Assembly: GCA_024685495.1 (NCBI GenBank)
Contig: JAIKVT010000076.1
Span: 37,899 to 101,898 of the forward strand
From: Lachnospiraceae bacterium
GTDB taxonomy: Bacteria > Bacillota > Clostridia > Lachnospirales > Lachnospiraceae
DNA: 64,000 nt
Direction of reading: 5' to 3'
In this document: positions 56,747 to 64,000 of the stretch, in pieces
How positions within the stretch are numbered: position 1 is the first letter of the stretch
Layout: every line of letters begins with the position of its first letter
Translations under genes and position numbers: made by a program
The notes under the pieces: generated by a model
Told to the model about the DNA's origin: nothing
What the model saw: the letters and a program-made list of their open reading frames with translations, nothing else
The model's database searches: none

Positions 56747-56889
56747 TCGATATCTCATTTAATTTTTAATAACTGACTAATAGTTTTAATGTTAGGGATT
56801 AATCAATAATAAATTTCATACAAAAATACAGATTTCATACAAATTATTGTGTAAAAATTATAAAATACACAAAATGTTGTATTTCTCTC

Positions 56890-56917
56890 TTGAAATAACA
56901 CTATATTTTGTTATAAT
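56890..56917 (+). promoter_or_regulatory. Sigma-A-type promoter for scpA-scpB
   Basis: TTGAAA (56890-56895), 16-nt spacer, extended -10 TGtTATAAT (56909-56917). Confidence 0.55.
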
Positions 56918-56947
56918 AACAAAAGTGGGATTTTAGGAGAGACTGGT

Positions 56948-57697
56948 ATGGAATTAAATTTTAAATTACAACAATTTGAAGGACCGCTTGATTTATTATT
57001 GCATTTAATCGACAAGAATAAGATTGATATATATGATATTCCTATTGTCGAGATTACTGCGCAATATATGGATTATATCAATGCGATGAGAGAAGCAGAC
57101 TTAGATATAATGAGTGAATTTCTTGTTATGGCGGCAACCCTTCTTAAAATAAAGTCCAAAATGCTTTTGCCTGCGGATGAGGCTGAAGAAGATGAAGAGG
57201 ATGATCCAAGAGCTGAGCTTGTTAAACAGCTTCTTGAGTATAAGATGTATAAGTGTATATCTTATGAACTTCGCGACAGACAACTCGATGCAGGTGCCGT
57301 TATGTTTAAGGTGCCTACAATACCTGATGAAGTCGCAAAATACGAAGAACCCATTAATCTTGAAGAAGTAATGTCTGATATAACACTTAGCAAATTGAAT
57401 TCCATTTTCAATTCCGTTATAAAAAGACAAAAAGACCGTGTGGACCCGGTTAGATCTAAATTCGGAAAGATTGAGAAGGAAGAAGTTTCGCTTGAAGACA
57501 AGATGAACTTTATGCTAAATTACGCAAAGCATAACAGAAACTTTAGTTTTAGACAGCTTTTATCGGGACAAAAGAGCAAGATGGACACTATTGTAACATT
57601 TCTTGTTATACTTGAAATGATGAAAGCCGGCCAGATTTATATCGTACAGGATAATACATTTGACGATATTAAGATTGAATCGAAAATGGTTGCTTAG
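56948..57697 (+). CDS. scpA: Segregation and condensation protein A (kleisin)
   Basis: FEGPLDLLLHLIDKNKIDIYDIPI... 249 aa. Confidence 0.95.
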   Translation: MELNFKLQQFEGPLDLLLHLIDKNKIDIYDIPIVEITAQYMDYINAMREADLDIMSEFLVMAATLLKIKSKMLLPADEAEEDEEDDPRAELVKQLLEYKMYKCISYELRDRQLDAGAVMFKVPTIPDEVAKYEEPINLEEVMSDITLSKLNSIFNSVIKRQKDRVDPVRSKFGKIEKEEVSLEDKMNFMLNYAKHNRNFSFRQLLSGQKSKMDTIVTFLVILEMMKAGQIYIVQDNTFDDIKIESKMVA

Positions 57698-57710
57698 GAG
57701 TGCTTAATCT

Positions 57711-58283
57711 ATGGAAATCAAAGAAATGGAATCTATAATTGAGGGCATCTTATTTACTATGGGCGATTCAGTAAAGCCTGAGAAGATAGCGAATGCTTTA
57801 TCTGTCGAAAAGGACGAGGTTATTTCGTGTCTTGACAATATGATGAAGCGCTATGAAGAAGATAACAGAGGTATTCGTCTTATGAAGTTAGATGATTCAT
57901 ATCAGATGTGTACTTCGCCCGAGATATATGAATATCTTATAAAAATTGCAAAACAACCTAAAAGATACGTGCTTACGGAAGTGCTTCTTGAGACACTTTC
58001 GATTATTGCATATAAACAGCCTGTTACAAAATCTGAAATAGATAAGATTAGAGGCGTTTCTTGTGGACATGCAGTTAATAAGTTGGTAGAATTTAATTTG
58101 GTGGAAGAAGTCGGAAGATTAGATGCTCCGGGAAGACCGATGTTATTTGGTACTACTGAAGATTTTCTTAGATCTTTCGGAGTTTCGTCTATCGAAGAGT
58201 TACCGCAACTTAACCAGGTTCAGATAGAAGAGTTTAAATTGCAGGCCGAAGCAGAGGCCAAGCAGGTAGCGGTTGATATATAA
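57711..58283 (+). CDS. scpB: Segregation and condensation protein B
   Basis: IIEGILFTMGDSV...LETLSIIAYKQPVTKSEIDKIRGV... 190 aa. Confidence 0.95.
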   Translation: MEIKEMESIIEGILFTMGDSVKPEKIANALSVEKDEVISCLDNMMKRYEEDNRGIRLMKLDDSYQMCTSPEIYEYLIKIAKQPKRYVLTEVLLETLSIIAYKQPVTKSEIDKIRGVSCGHAVNKLVEFNLVEEVGRLDAPGRPMLFGTTEDFLRSFGVSSIEELPQLNQVQIEEFKLQAEAEAKQVAVDI

Positions 58284-58316
58284 AATATGTCGAGAATTAA
58301 TTGACGGAGGATTACT

Positions 58317-59690
58317 ATGGAGAGTAAAGCTCGAAAAGTAATAATTGATTTGCTGGATGATAACAGCTTTGTTGAGTTTGGAGAAGCTGTCACGGCAAGA
58401 AATACTGATTTTAACGAGAAAGAGCCTAAGATAAAAAGCGACGGTGTAATAACCGGTCATGGAACAATCAATGATTCTTTGGTTTTCGTATATTCACAGG
58501 ATGTTAGCGTACTTGGCGGAACAATCGGTGAGATGCATGCCAAAAAGATAGTTGATTTATATAAGATGGCTACTAAAGTTGGTGCACCGATAATTGGCTT
58601 TATTGATTCTAACGGTGTGAGACTTTATGAATCAATGGACGCTATAGAAGCAATCGGAAGCATTATTAAATGTGCAGCCGATGCATCAGGTGCCATTTCG
58701 CAGATTCTTGCAATTACAGGGAACTGTGGCGGTGGACTTAGTGCATTAGCATCAATTAATGATTATGTTGTAATGCTTGATGATGCGCATATGTTCATTA
58801 ATTCTCCGGACACCATCGAAGGAAATTATACCGATAAGGTAGATTCTTCCGATGCCGAGTTTTCTCTTAACAGTGGAAATGTTGATGCAGTATGCAATAT
58901 TGATGAGATGCCTATACTCATTAGAAACTATATTGATATAGCACCTGCAAACAATATGGAATCCGGATATGGTGAGTTATGTGAAGATGATCTTAACAGA
59001 GGAGTTGAATTTGCCGGAACAGATGATGTTGTATCTCTTATCAAAGAGATGGCAGATTATAAAATCTTCGTTGAGATGAAGTCAGGAATTAAGAATGTTA
59101 CTACAGGATTAATCAGATTAGCTGGTCAGTCTGTGGGAGTAGTTGCAAACTGCGAACAGGATGGCAATGCTCGTCTTAATACTTTAGGCGCATATAAGAT
59201 GGCTGATTTTGTTAATTACTGTGATGCCTTTGGTATTCCTATTTTGACAATTACCAATATCGACGGTTTTGAATGTGACTTCGCTACTGAGAAGTCTATG
59301 GGAAATGCGTTATCAAAGCTTGCAATTGCATTTAGTAATGCCGATGTTCCTAAGATTAATCTTATAATCGGTAATGCATTAGGCTCAGGTTACATATTTA
59401 TGAACTCTAAGTCACTTGGTGCTGATATGGTTTATGCATATCCTGACAGTAATATGTCTCTTATGGATGAGAAGAAAGCCGCTGAAATTTTAAGTGATGA
59501 CGGAACAAATGTTAATGAACTTGCTGATTCGTATGCTAAGACTCATTGTGGAATTGATAATGCGGCAAGAAGAGGAATTGTAGATCGTATAATTAATCCG
59601 GCTGATACAAGGAAATATTTAATTGACGGATTTGAGATGTTATATTCAAAGAATAGATATACAGATATTAAAAAGCATGGTGCTAAATAA
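58317..59690 (+). CDS. Acyl-CoA carboxyltransferase (12S/MmdA-like, short and divergent)
   Basis: Two crotonase-like carboxyltransferase halves (VITGHGTIN...VFVYSQD.SVLGGT.GE; VGVVAN...FVNYCDAFGIPILT.TN.DGF). 457 aa versus about 510 expected, with altered Gly-rich motifs. Confidence 0.8.
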   Translation: MESKARKVIIDLLDDNSFVEFGEAVTARNTDFNEKEPKIKSDGVITGHGTINDSLVFVYSQDVSVLGGTIGEMHAKKIVDLYKMATKVGAPIIGFIDSNGVRLYESMDAIEAIGSIIKCAADASGAISQILAITGNCGGGLSALASINDYVVMLDDAHMFINSPDTIEGNYTDKVDSSDAEFSLNSGNVDAVCNIDEMPILIRNYIDIAPANNMESGYGELCEDDLNRGVEFAGTDDVVSLIKEMADYKIFVEMKSGIKNVTTGLIRLAGQSVGVVANCEQDGNARLNTLGAYKMADFVNYCDAFGIPILTITNIDGFECDFATEKSMGNALSKLAIAFSNADVPKINLIIGNALGSGYIFMNSKSLGADMVYAYPDSNMSLMDEKKAAEILSDDGTNVNELADSYAKTHCGIDNAARRGIVDRIINPADTRKYLIDGFEMLYSKNRYTDIKKHGAK

Positions 59691-59705
59691 TTAGTGAGGA
59701 ATAAC

Positions 59706-60470
59706 ATGAAAAAAGCTGTAAGGATAATAAGCCTTATGTGTCTGTGTGTTATTGTATTTGCTCTTTGCGGTTGTGGTTCTAATAATGACGAAGCTATTTT
59801 AGAAAATAAGAAGCAGCAAGTAGAGCAAAGCATGATGTCTTTTGTATATGATTTAGAGAAATACAGAGGGCTCAGTGATTCACAGGTTCAAGACTATATT
59901 GAAACTTTAGAAGGTTATAAAAAGAATAAAATGATAACCGAAGAACAAGCCAAGATGAATGAAGATATCATTTCGCAATGGCACGAGATTGAATCCCAGG
60001 TTGGTGAGTTCGAAAATTATGGAGAATTTGAATTTGATTCTGCCGGTAAAACATATACAGCCACTTTGAATCTCAAGTATTCTAACAGAGATGTAAAGCT
60101 CGTATATGTAATATCAAAGACTGATTTTGAAGTTACGGGTGCGAATGTGGAAATGGTTTACACATTTGGCGAAAAGATGTCTAAAGCAGGTTTAAATACA
60201 TTAACCGGTATCGGAATTGTATTCATAATGCTTATCTTAATGAGTCTTATAATATACGCATTTAATATCATTCCGTATATACAGGCTAAATATAAGAAAA
60301 GTCAGGAAGCAAAGAAGATTGAGATTACTTCTTTTGATGAAATAAAAGAAACAGATAAGGAATCAACCGACGACAGCGAATTAATTGCCGTAATTGCAGC
60401 GGCTATAGCAGCTTCACAGGGTTGTAGTACAGATGATTTTATTGTAAGAAGTATTAGAAGAAGAAAATAA
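59706..60470 (+). CDS. Lipoprotein domain fused to an OadG/MmdD-like decarboxylase small subunit
   Basis: Lipobox-like FALCGC at the N-terminus and a ~150-aa extracytoplasmic domain. Then an OadG-type TM (GIGIVFIMLILMSLIIYAF) and the conserved tail ELIAVIAAAIAAS. ATG at 59706 follows GAGGAA. Confidence 0.75.
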   Translation: MKKAVRIISLMCLCVIVFALCGCGSNNDEAILENKKQQVEQSMMSFVYDLEKYRGLSDSQVQDYIETLEGYKKNKMITEEQAKMNEDIISQWHEIESQVGEFENYGEFEFDSAGKTYTATLNLKYSNRDVKLVYVISKTDFEVTGANVEMVYTFGEKMSKAGLNTLTGIGIVFIMLILMSLIIYAFNIIPYIQAKYKKSQEAKKIEITSFDEIKETDKESTDDSELIAVIAAAIAASQGCSTDDFIVRSIRRRK

Positions 60471-60493
60471 TTCATATTCGCGGAGGTAAGCAG

Positions 60494-60847
60494 ATGAAAG
60501 AATATACAATTACTGTTAACGGAACATCTTATGATGTAAGTGTAGAAGAAAAGGGAAGCAGTGCACCAAGTGTGGCTGCAGCACCTAAGAAAGAAGCAAG
60601 TAAACCAAGTGCTCCTTTAGGTACTGAAGGTTCAATCAAGATTGAAGCCGGAGCTGCAGGTAAAGTATTTAAGATCGAAAAGCACATTGGCGAAAGTGTT
60701 AAAGCCGGTGAGAATGTTCTCATCTTAGAAGTTATGAAGATGGAGACACCTGTTGTTGCTCCTGAAGATGGTGTTGTTGCAACTTTAGAAGTTCAAGAAG
60801 GTCAGTCTATCGAAGCAGGCGCACTTCTTGCTACAATGAATAAGTAA
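60494..60847 (+). CDS. Biotin carboxyl carrier (biotinyl/lipoyl domain) subunit
   Basis: 117 aa with an Ala/Pro-rich linker and biotinylation motif EVMKMET. Confidence 0.92.
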   Translation: MKEYTITVNGTSYDVSVEEKGSSAPSVAAAPKKEASKPSAPLGTEGSIKIEAGAAGKVFKIEKHIGESVKAGENVLILEVMKMETPVVAPEDGVVATLEVQEGQSIEAGALLATMNK

Positions 60848-60867
60848 GACACAGAGAGGACAAATTA

Positions 60868-62016
60868 ATGTCATATATTTTAGATACAGTATCTAATCTA
60901 CTTCATGAGACAGCCTTTTTTAATTTGACTGTCGGTAATTTTATAATGATTCTGGTTGCATGTGTCTTTTTATATCTTGCAATTGCAAGAGGATATGAGC
61001 CACTGCTTTTAGTTCCAATCGCATTTGGTATGTTGCTCGTTAATATCTATCCTGATATTATTGCATCACCTGCTGAGACAAGTAACGGCGTTGGCGGACT
61101 TTTATATTATTTCTATGCATTAGACGAATGGTCAATTTTGCCGTCACTTATTTTCCTTGGCGTAGGAGCCATGACGGATTTCGGTCCGCTTATTGCCAAT
61201 CCTATAAGCTTCTTGTTGGGAGCTGCTGCGCAAATTGGTATTTTCATGGCGTACTTACTTGCGATATTATTGGGATTTTCAGACGAGGCTGCGGCTGCCG
61301 TATCTATTATCGGTGGTGCTGACGGTCCGACGTCAATCTTCTTGGCAGGTAAATTAGGACAGACATCACTTATGGGACCTATTGCCGTTGCGGCATACTC
61401 ATATATGTCACTTGTTCCTATTATTCAGCCACCTATTATGAAATTGTTAACAACAAAGAAAGAACGTTCTATCCATATGGAACAGCTTCGTGACGTGTCT
61501 AAGTTAGAGCGTATTCTTTTCCCTATAATTGTAACTATTGTTGTATGTCTTGTGCTTCCTACAACAGCACCGCTTGTTGGTATGTTGATGCTTGGAAATC
61601 TGTTCCGTGAAAGTGGAGTAGTAAGACAGTTAACGGAGACCGCATCTAATGCACTTATGTATATCGTAGTTATCTTACTCGGTACTTCTGTAGGAGCATC
61701 TACAAGTGCAGAAGCATTCCTTAATGTTTCAACAATTAAGATTGTAATTCTTGGTCTTGCAGCATTCGTATGTGGTACTGCCGGAGGCGTATTACTTGGC
61801 AAATTATTATGTCTTATTACGAAGGGTAAGATTAATCCGCTTATAGGATCGGCCGGAGTATCTGCCGTGCCAATGGCTGCTAGAGTTTCACAAAAAGTCG
61901 GAGCAGAAGAAGATCCCACCAATTTCTTACTTATGCATGCCATGGGACCTAATGTTGCCGGTGTAATCGGTACAGCCGTAGCGGCCGGTGTATTTATGGC
62001 TATATTTAATGTCTAA
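60868..62016 (+). CDS. Na+-translocating decarboxylase beta subunit (OadB/MmdB/GcdB family)
   Basis: 382-aa polytopic membrane protein with family-typical segments (GADGPTSIF, IGSAGVSAVPMAARV, LLMHAMGPNVAGVIG). Confidence 0.92.
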   Translation: MSYILDTVSNLLHETAFFNLTVGNFIMILVACVFLYLAIARGYEPLLLVPIAFGMLLVNIYPDIIASPAETSNGVGGLLYYFYALDEWSILPSLIFLGVGAMTDFGPLIANPISFLLGAAAQIGIFMAYLLAILLGFSDEAAAAVSIIGGADGPTSIFLAGKLGQTSLMGPIAVAAYSYMSLVPIIQPPIMKLLTTKKERSIHMEQLRDVSKLERILFPIIVTIVVCLVLPTTAPLVGMLMLGNLFRESGVVRQLTETASNALMYIVVILLGTSVGASTSAEAFLNVSTIKIVILGLAAFVCGTAGGVLLGKLLCLITKGKINPLIGSAGVSAVPMAARVSQKVGAEEDPTNFLLMHAMGPNVAGVIGTAVAAGVFMAIFNV

Positions 62017-62028
62017 TAGGAGTTAATT

Positions 62029-63435
62029 ATGAGTAAACCCGTTAAAATTACAGAAACTATACTTCGTGACGCTCATCAGTCACTTATTGCCACAAGGATG
62101 CCTACAGATGAGATGCTTCCTATTGTGGACAAAATGGATAAGATTGGATATCATGCTGTAGAGTGTTGGGGTGGTGCTACATTTGATGCATCGCTCAGAT
62201 TCCTTAAAGAAGATCCTTGGGAAAGACTTCGTAAGCTTCGTGATGGATTCAAAAACACTAAGCTTCAGATGCTTTTCCGTGGGCAGAATATTTTAGGATA
62301 CAAACCTTATGCAGATGATGTTGTAGAATATTTTGTACAGAAGTCAATTGCTAATGGTATTGATATTATAAGAATTTTCGATTGTCTTAATGATGTTCGT
62401 AATCTCCAGACTGCTGTTGACGCTTGTAATAAAGAAAAAGGTCATGCTCAAGTTGCTTTATCATATACTCTTGGAGATGCATATACATTAGATTATTGGA
62501 TGGATATGGCAAAGCGTATCGAAGATATGGGCGCTGATTCATTATGTATTAAAGATATGGCAGGTCTTTTGGTGCCGCAAAAAGCTGATGAGCTTATCAG
62601 AGCATTAAAGTCTGCTACAGATATTCCTGTTGATTTACACACTCATTACACATCAGGTGTTGCTTCAATGACTTATATGAAGGCGGTTGAAGCCGGATGT
62701 GACATAATTGATACTGCAATGAGTCCGCTTGCGCTTGGTACATCTCAACCGGCTACTGAAGTTATGGTTGAAGCGTTTAAGGGTACTGAATATGATACGG
62801 GATTAGATCAAAACAAATTAGCTGAAATTGCTGATTATTTCAGACCTTACAGAGAACAATGCTTAAAAGACGGATTGCTTAATCCTAAGGTTTTAGGTGT
62901 TAATATTAATACACTTCGTTATCAGGTTCCCGGCGGTATGCTTTCTAATTTGCTTAGCCAATTAACGGATCAGGGTAAAGAAGATAAATTCGAAGAAGTT
63001 CTTGCAGAGGTTCCAAGAGTTCGTAAAGACTTAGGTGAGCCGCCGCTAGTTACACCTTCTTCTCAGATTGTAGGTACTCAGGCAGTATTTAACGTACTTA
63101 TGGGTGAGAGATATAAGGTTGCAACTAACGAGACTAAAGATATCCTTTTAGGTAAATACGGTCAGACCGTTAAGCCTTTTAATCCTGAAATTGTTGATAA
63201 GGTTCTTGGTGAAGATAAGAAGAATGCTATTACATGCAGACCTGCTGATCTTTTAGAGCCTCAACTTGCCGGTATTGAAGAAGAGATGAAGCAATATAAG
63301 ACACAAGATGAAGATGTATTAACTTATGCTTTGTTCCCTAAAGTTGCTGAAGAATTCTTCAAATACAGAGAAGCTCAAAGGGACAAGGTCGATATGAACA
63401 AGGCCGATAAAGACAATAAGGCTTATCCTGTATAA
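62029..63435 (+). CDS. Oxaloacetate decarboxylase alpha / transcarboxylase 5S-type carboxyltransferase (no biotinyl domain)
   Basis: ITETILRDAHQSL...ECWGGATFD...IFDCLND...DMAG TIM-barrel pyruvate-carboxyltransferase motifs. 468 aa, ends without an xMKM biotin domain. Confidence 0.9.
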   Translation: MSKPVKITETILRDAHQSLIATRMPTDEMLPIVDKMDKIGYHAVECWGGATFDASLRFLKEDPWERLRKLRDGFKNTKLQMLFRGQNILGYKPYADDVVEYFVQKSIANGIDIIRIFDCLNDVRNLQTAVDACNKEKGHAQVALSYTLGDAYTLDYWMDMAKRIEDMGADSLCIKDMAGLLVPQKADELIRALKSATDIPVDLHTHYTSGVASMTYMKAVEAGCDIIDTAMSPLALGTSQPATEVMVEAFKGTEYDTGLDQNKLAEIADYFRPYREQCLKDGLLNPKVLGVNINTLRYQVPGGMLSNLLSQLTDQGKEDKFEEVLAEVPRVRKDLGEPPLVTPSSQIVGTQAVFNVLMGERYKVATNETKDILLGKYGQTVKPFNPEIVDKVLGEDKKNAITCRPADLLEPQLAGIEEEMKQYKTQDEDVLTYALFPKVAEEFFKYREAQRDKVDMNKADKDNKAYPV

Positions 63436-63454
63436 TTATTGTAAATGTTTTAAA

Positions 63455-63486
63455 ACGTCATAGTATATATAACTATGGCGTTTCTT
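63455..63486 (+). terminator. Intrinsic terminator after the decarboxylase cluster
   Basis: ACGTCATAG / CTATGGCGT stem (one G-U) with a 9-nt loop, followed by TTCTTGTT. Confidence 0.7.
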
Positions 63487-63552
63487 GTTATATTCATCAA
63501 GTTTTAATGTATGATATAATAACAAAATTCAAATTTACGTTTGAGGACATAA

Positions 63553-64000
63553 ATGAGTAAAGTTATAATCATAGGCGGTGGTGCCGCCGGAATGATGGCT
63601 GCAGTAGCGGCGCTTGATAATAGTAGTGAAGTTGTAATTTATGATGGCAACGAAAAACTCGGTAAAAAGATATATATTACCGGTAAAGGCAGGTGTAACC
63701 TAACTAATGCCTGTGATATAAGTGAATATTTTGAGAATATTATTTCAAATGATAAATTCTTGTATTCTGCTTTATATAGCTTTACCAATGATGATGTTAT
63801 TAGTTTTTTTGAGGAAAACGGCTGTCCAATTAAGGTTGAACGGGGTAATCGCGCATTTCCAAGAAGTGATAAATCATCTGATATTATTAAGACATTAGAG
63901 CGCTACATTAAAAGTAACGGCGCTAAAATTGTATTAAATACCAAAGTCAAGTCAATAATATATGAAAATAACAAAGCCAATAATGATAATGAGAAGGACG
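63553..64000 (+). CDS. HI0933/BaiN-type NAD(P)/FAD-dependent flavoprotein, N-terminal part (3' end outside window)
   Basis: ATG at 63553 (absent from the ORF track because there is no stop in the window). KVIIIGGGAAGMMAA dinucleotide-binding motif and ITGKGRCNLTN. Confidence 0.8.
   Translation, partial: MSKVIIIGGGAAGMMAAVAALDNSSEVVIYDGNEKLGKKIYITGKGRCNLTNACDISEYFENIISNDKFLYSALYSFTNDDVISFFEENGCPIKVERGNRAFPRSDKSSDIIKTLERYIKSNGAKIVLNTKVKSIIYENNKANNDNEKD

Noticed and set aside
61425-61943. 172-aa minus-strand ORF inside the decarboxylase beta-subunit gene
   Set aside because: It is antisense to a strongly supported membrane protein gene. Its open frame is explained by the locally higher GC content of that gene.
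1-64000. Mobile elements, CRISPR arrays, prophage or defence/toxin-antitoxin modules
   Set aside because: I found no transposase, integrase or recombinase-like ORFs, no spaced direct-repeat arrays and no terminal inverted repeats. All ORFs longer than about 100 aa on the + strand are accounted for by housekeeping, motility or metabolic genes.

Overview
AT-rich, low-GC Firmicutes/Clostridia-type chromosomal segment. Taxon is inferred from gene content and synteny only. Every gene I can support lies on the + strand. Content in order:
(1) 3' end of a GldG-like ABC-associated gene.
(2) The distal half of a fla/che motility operon: motAB, fliL, fliM, fliY, cheY, fliOPQR, flhB, flhA, flhF, flhG, a PilZ gene, cheB, cheA, cheW, cheC, cheD, fliA. 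It ends in a tail of poorly characterised genes: a FapA/DUF342 gene plus four unknowns.
(3) The classic Firmicutes housekeeping run rpsB-tsf-(deacetylase-bactofilin)-pyrH-frr-uppS-cdsA-dxr-rseP-ispG-polC.
(4) A block inserted relative to the Bacillus-type order. It holds a DUF815-like ATPase, a HAD hydrolase, an orphan GC-enriched ~345-nt transcription unit, a lipoprotein, L20-leader-infC-rpmI-rplT, galE and tRNA-Glu(CUC).
(5) rimP-nusA-ylxQ-infB-rbfA-nrnA-truB-ribF, an NlpC/P60 hydrolase, rpsO-pnp, scpAB.
(6) A Na+-pump-type biotin decarboxylase cluster that carries two different carboxyltransferases.
(7) The 5' end of an HI0933-type flavoprotein gene.
I saw no CRISPR array, IS element, integrase, rRNA or recognisable defence/toxin module.
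Most interesting observations:
- The orphan promoter-to-terminator unit at 40.73-41.11 kb. It looks like a large structured ncRNA that I cannot assign to RNase P, tmRNA, SRP, 6S or a riboswitch class.
- A recurrent pattern of tandem duplications that straddle stop codons, at four genes.
- The dual-carboxyltransferase decarboxylase cluster, which includes a lipoprotein-OadG fusion.
- A receiver-less CheB and several unannotatable genes at the tail of the flagellar operon.
All calls rest on reading motifs, synteny and signals by eye. No database search or folding computation was possible.
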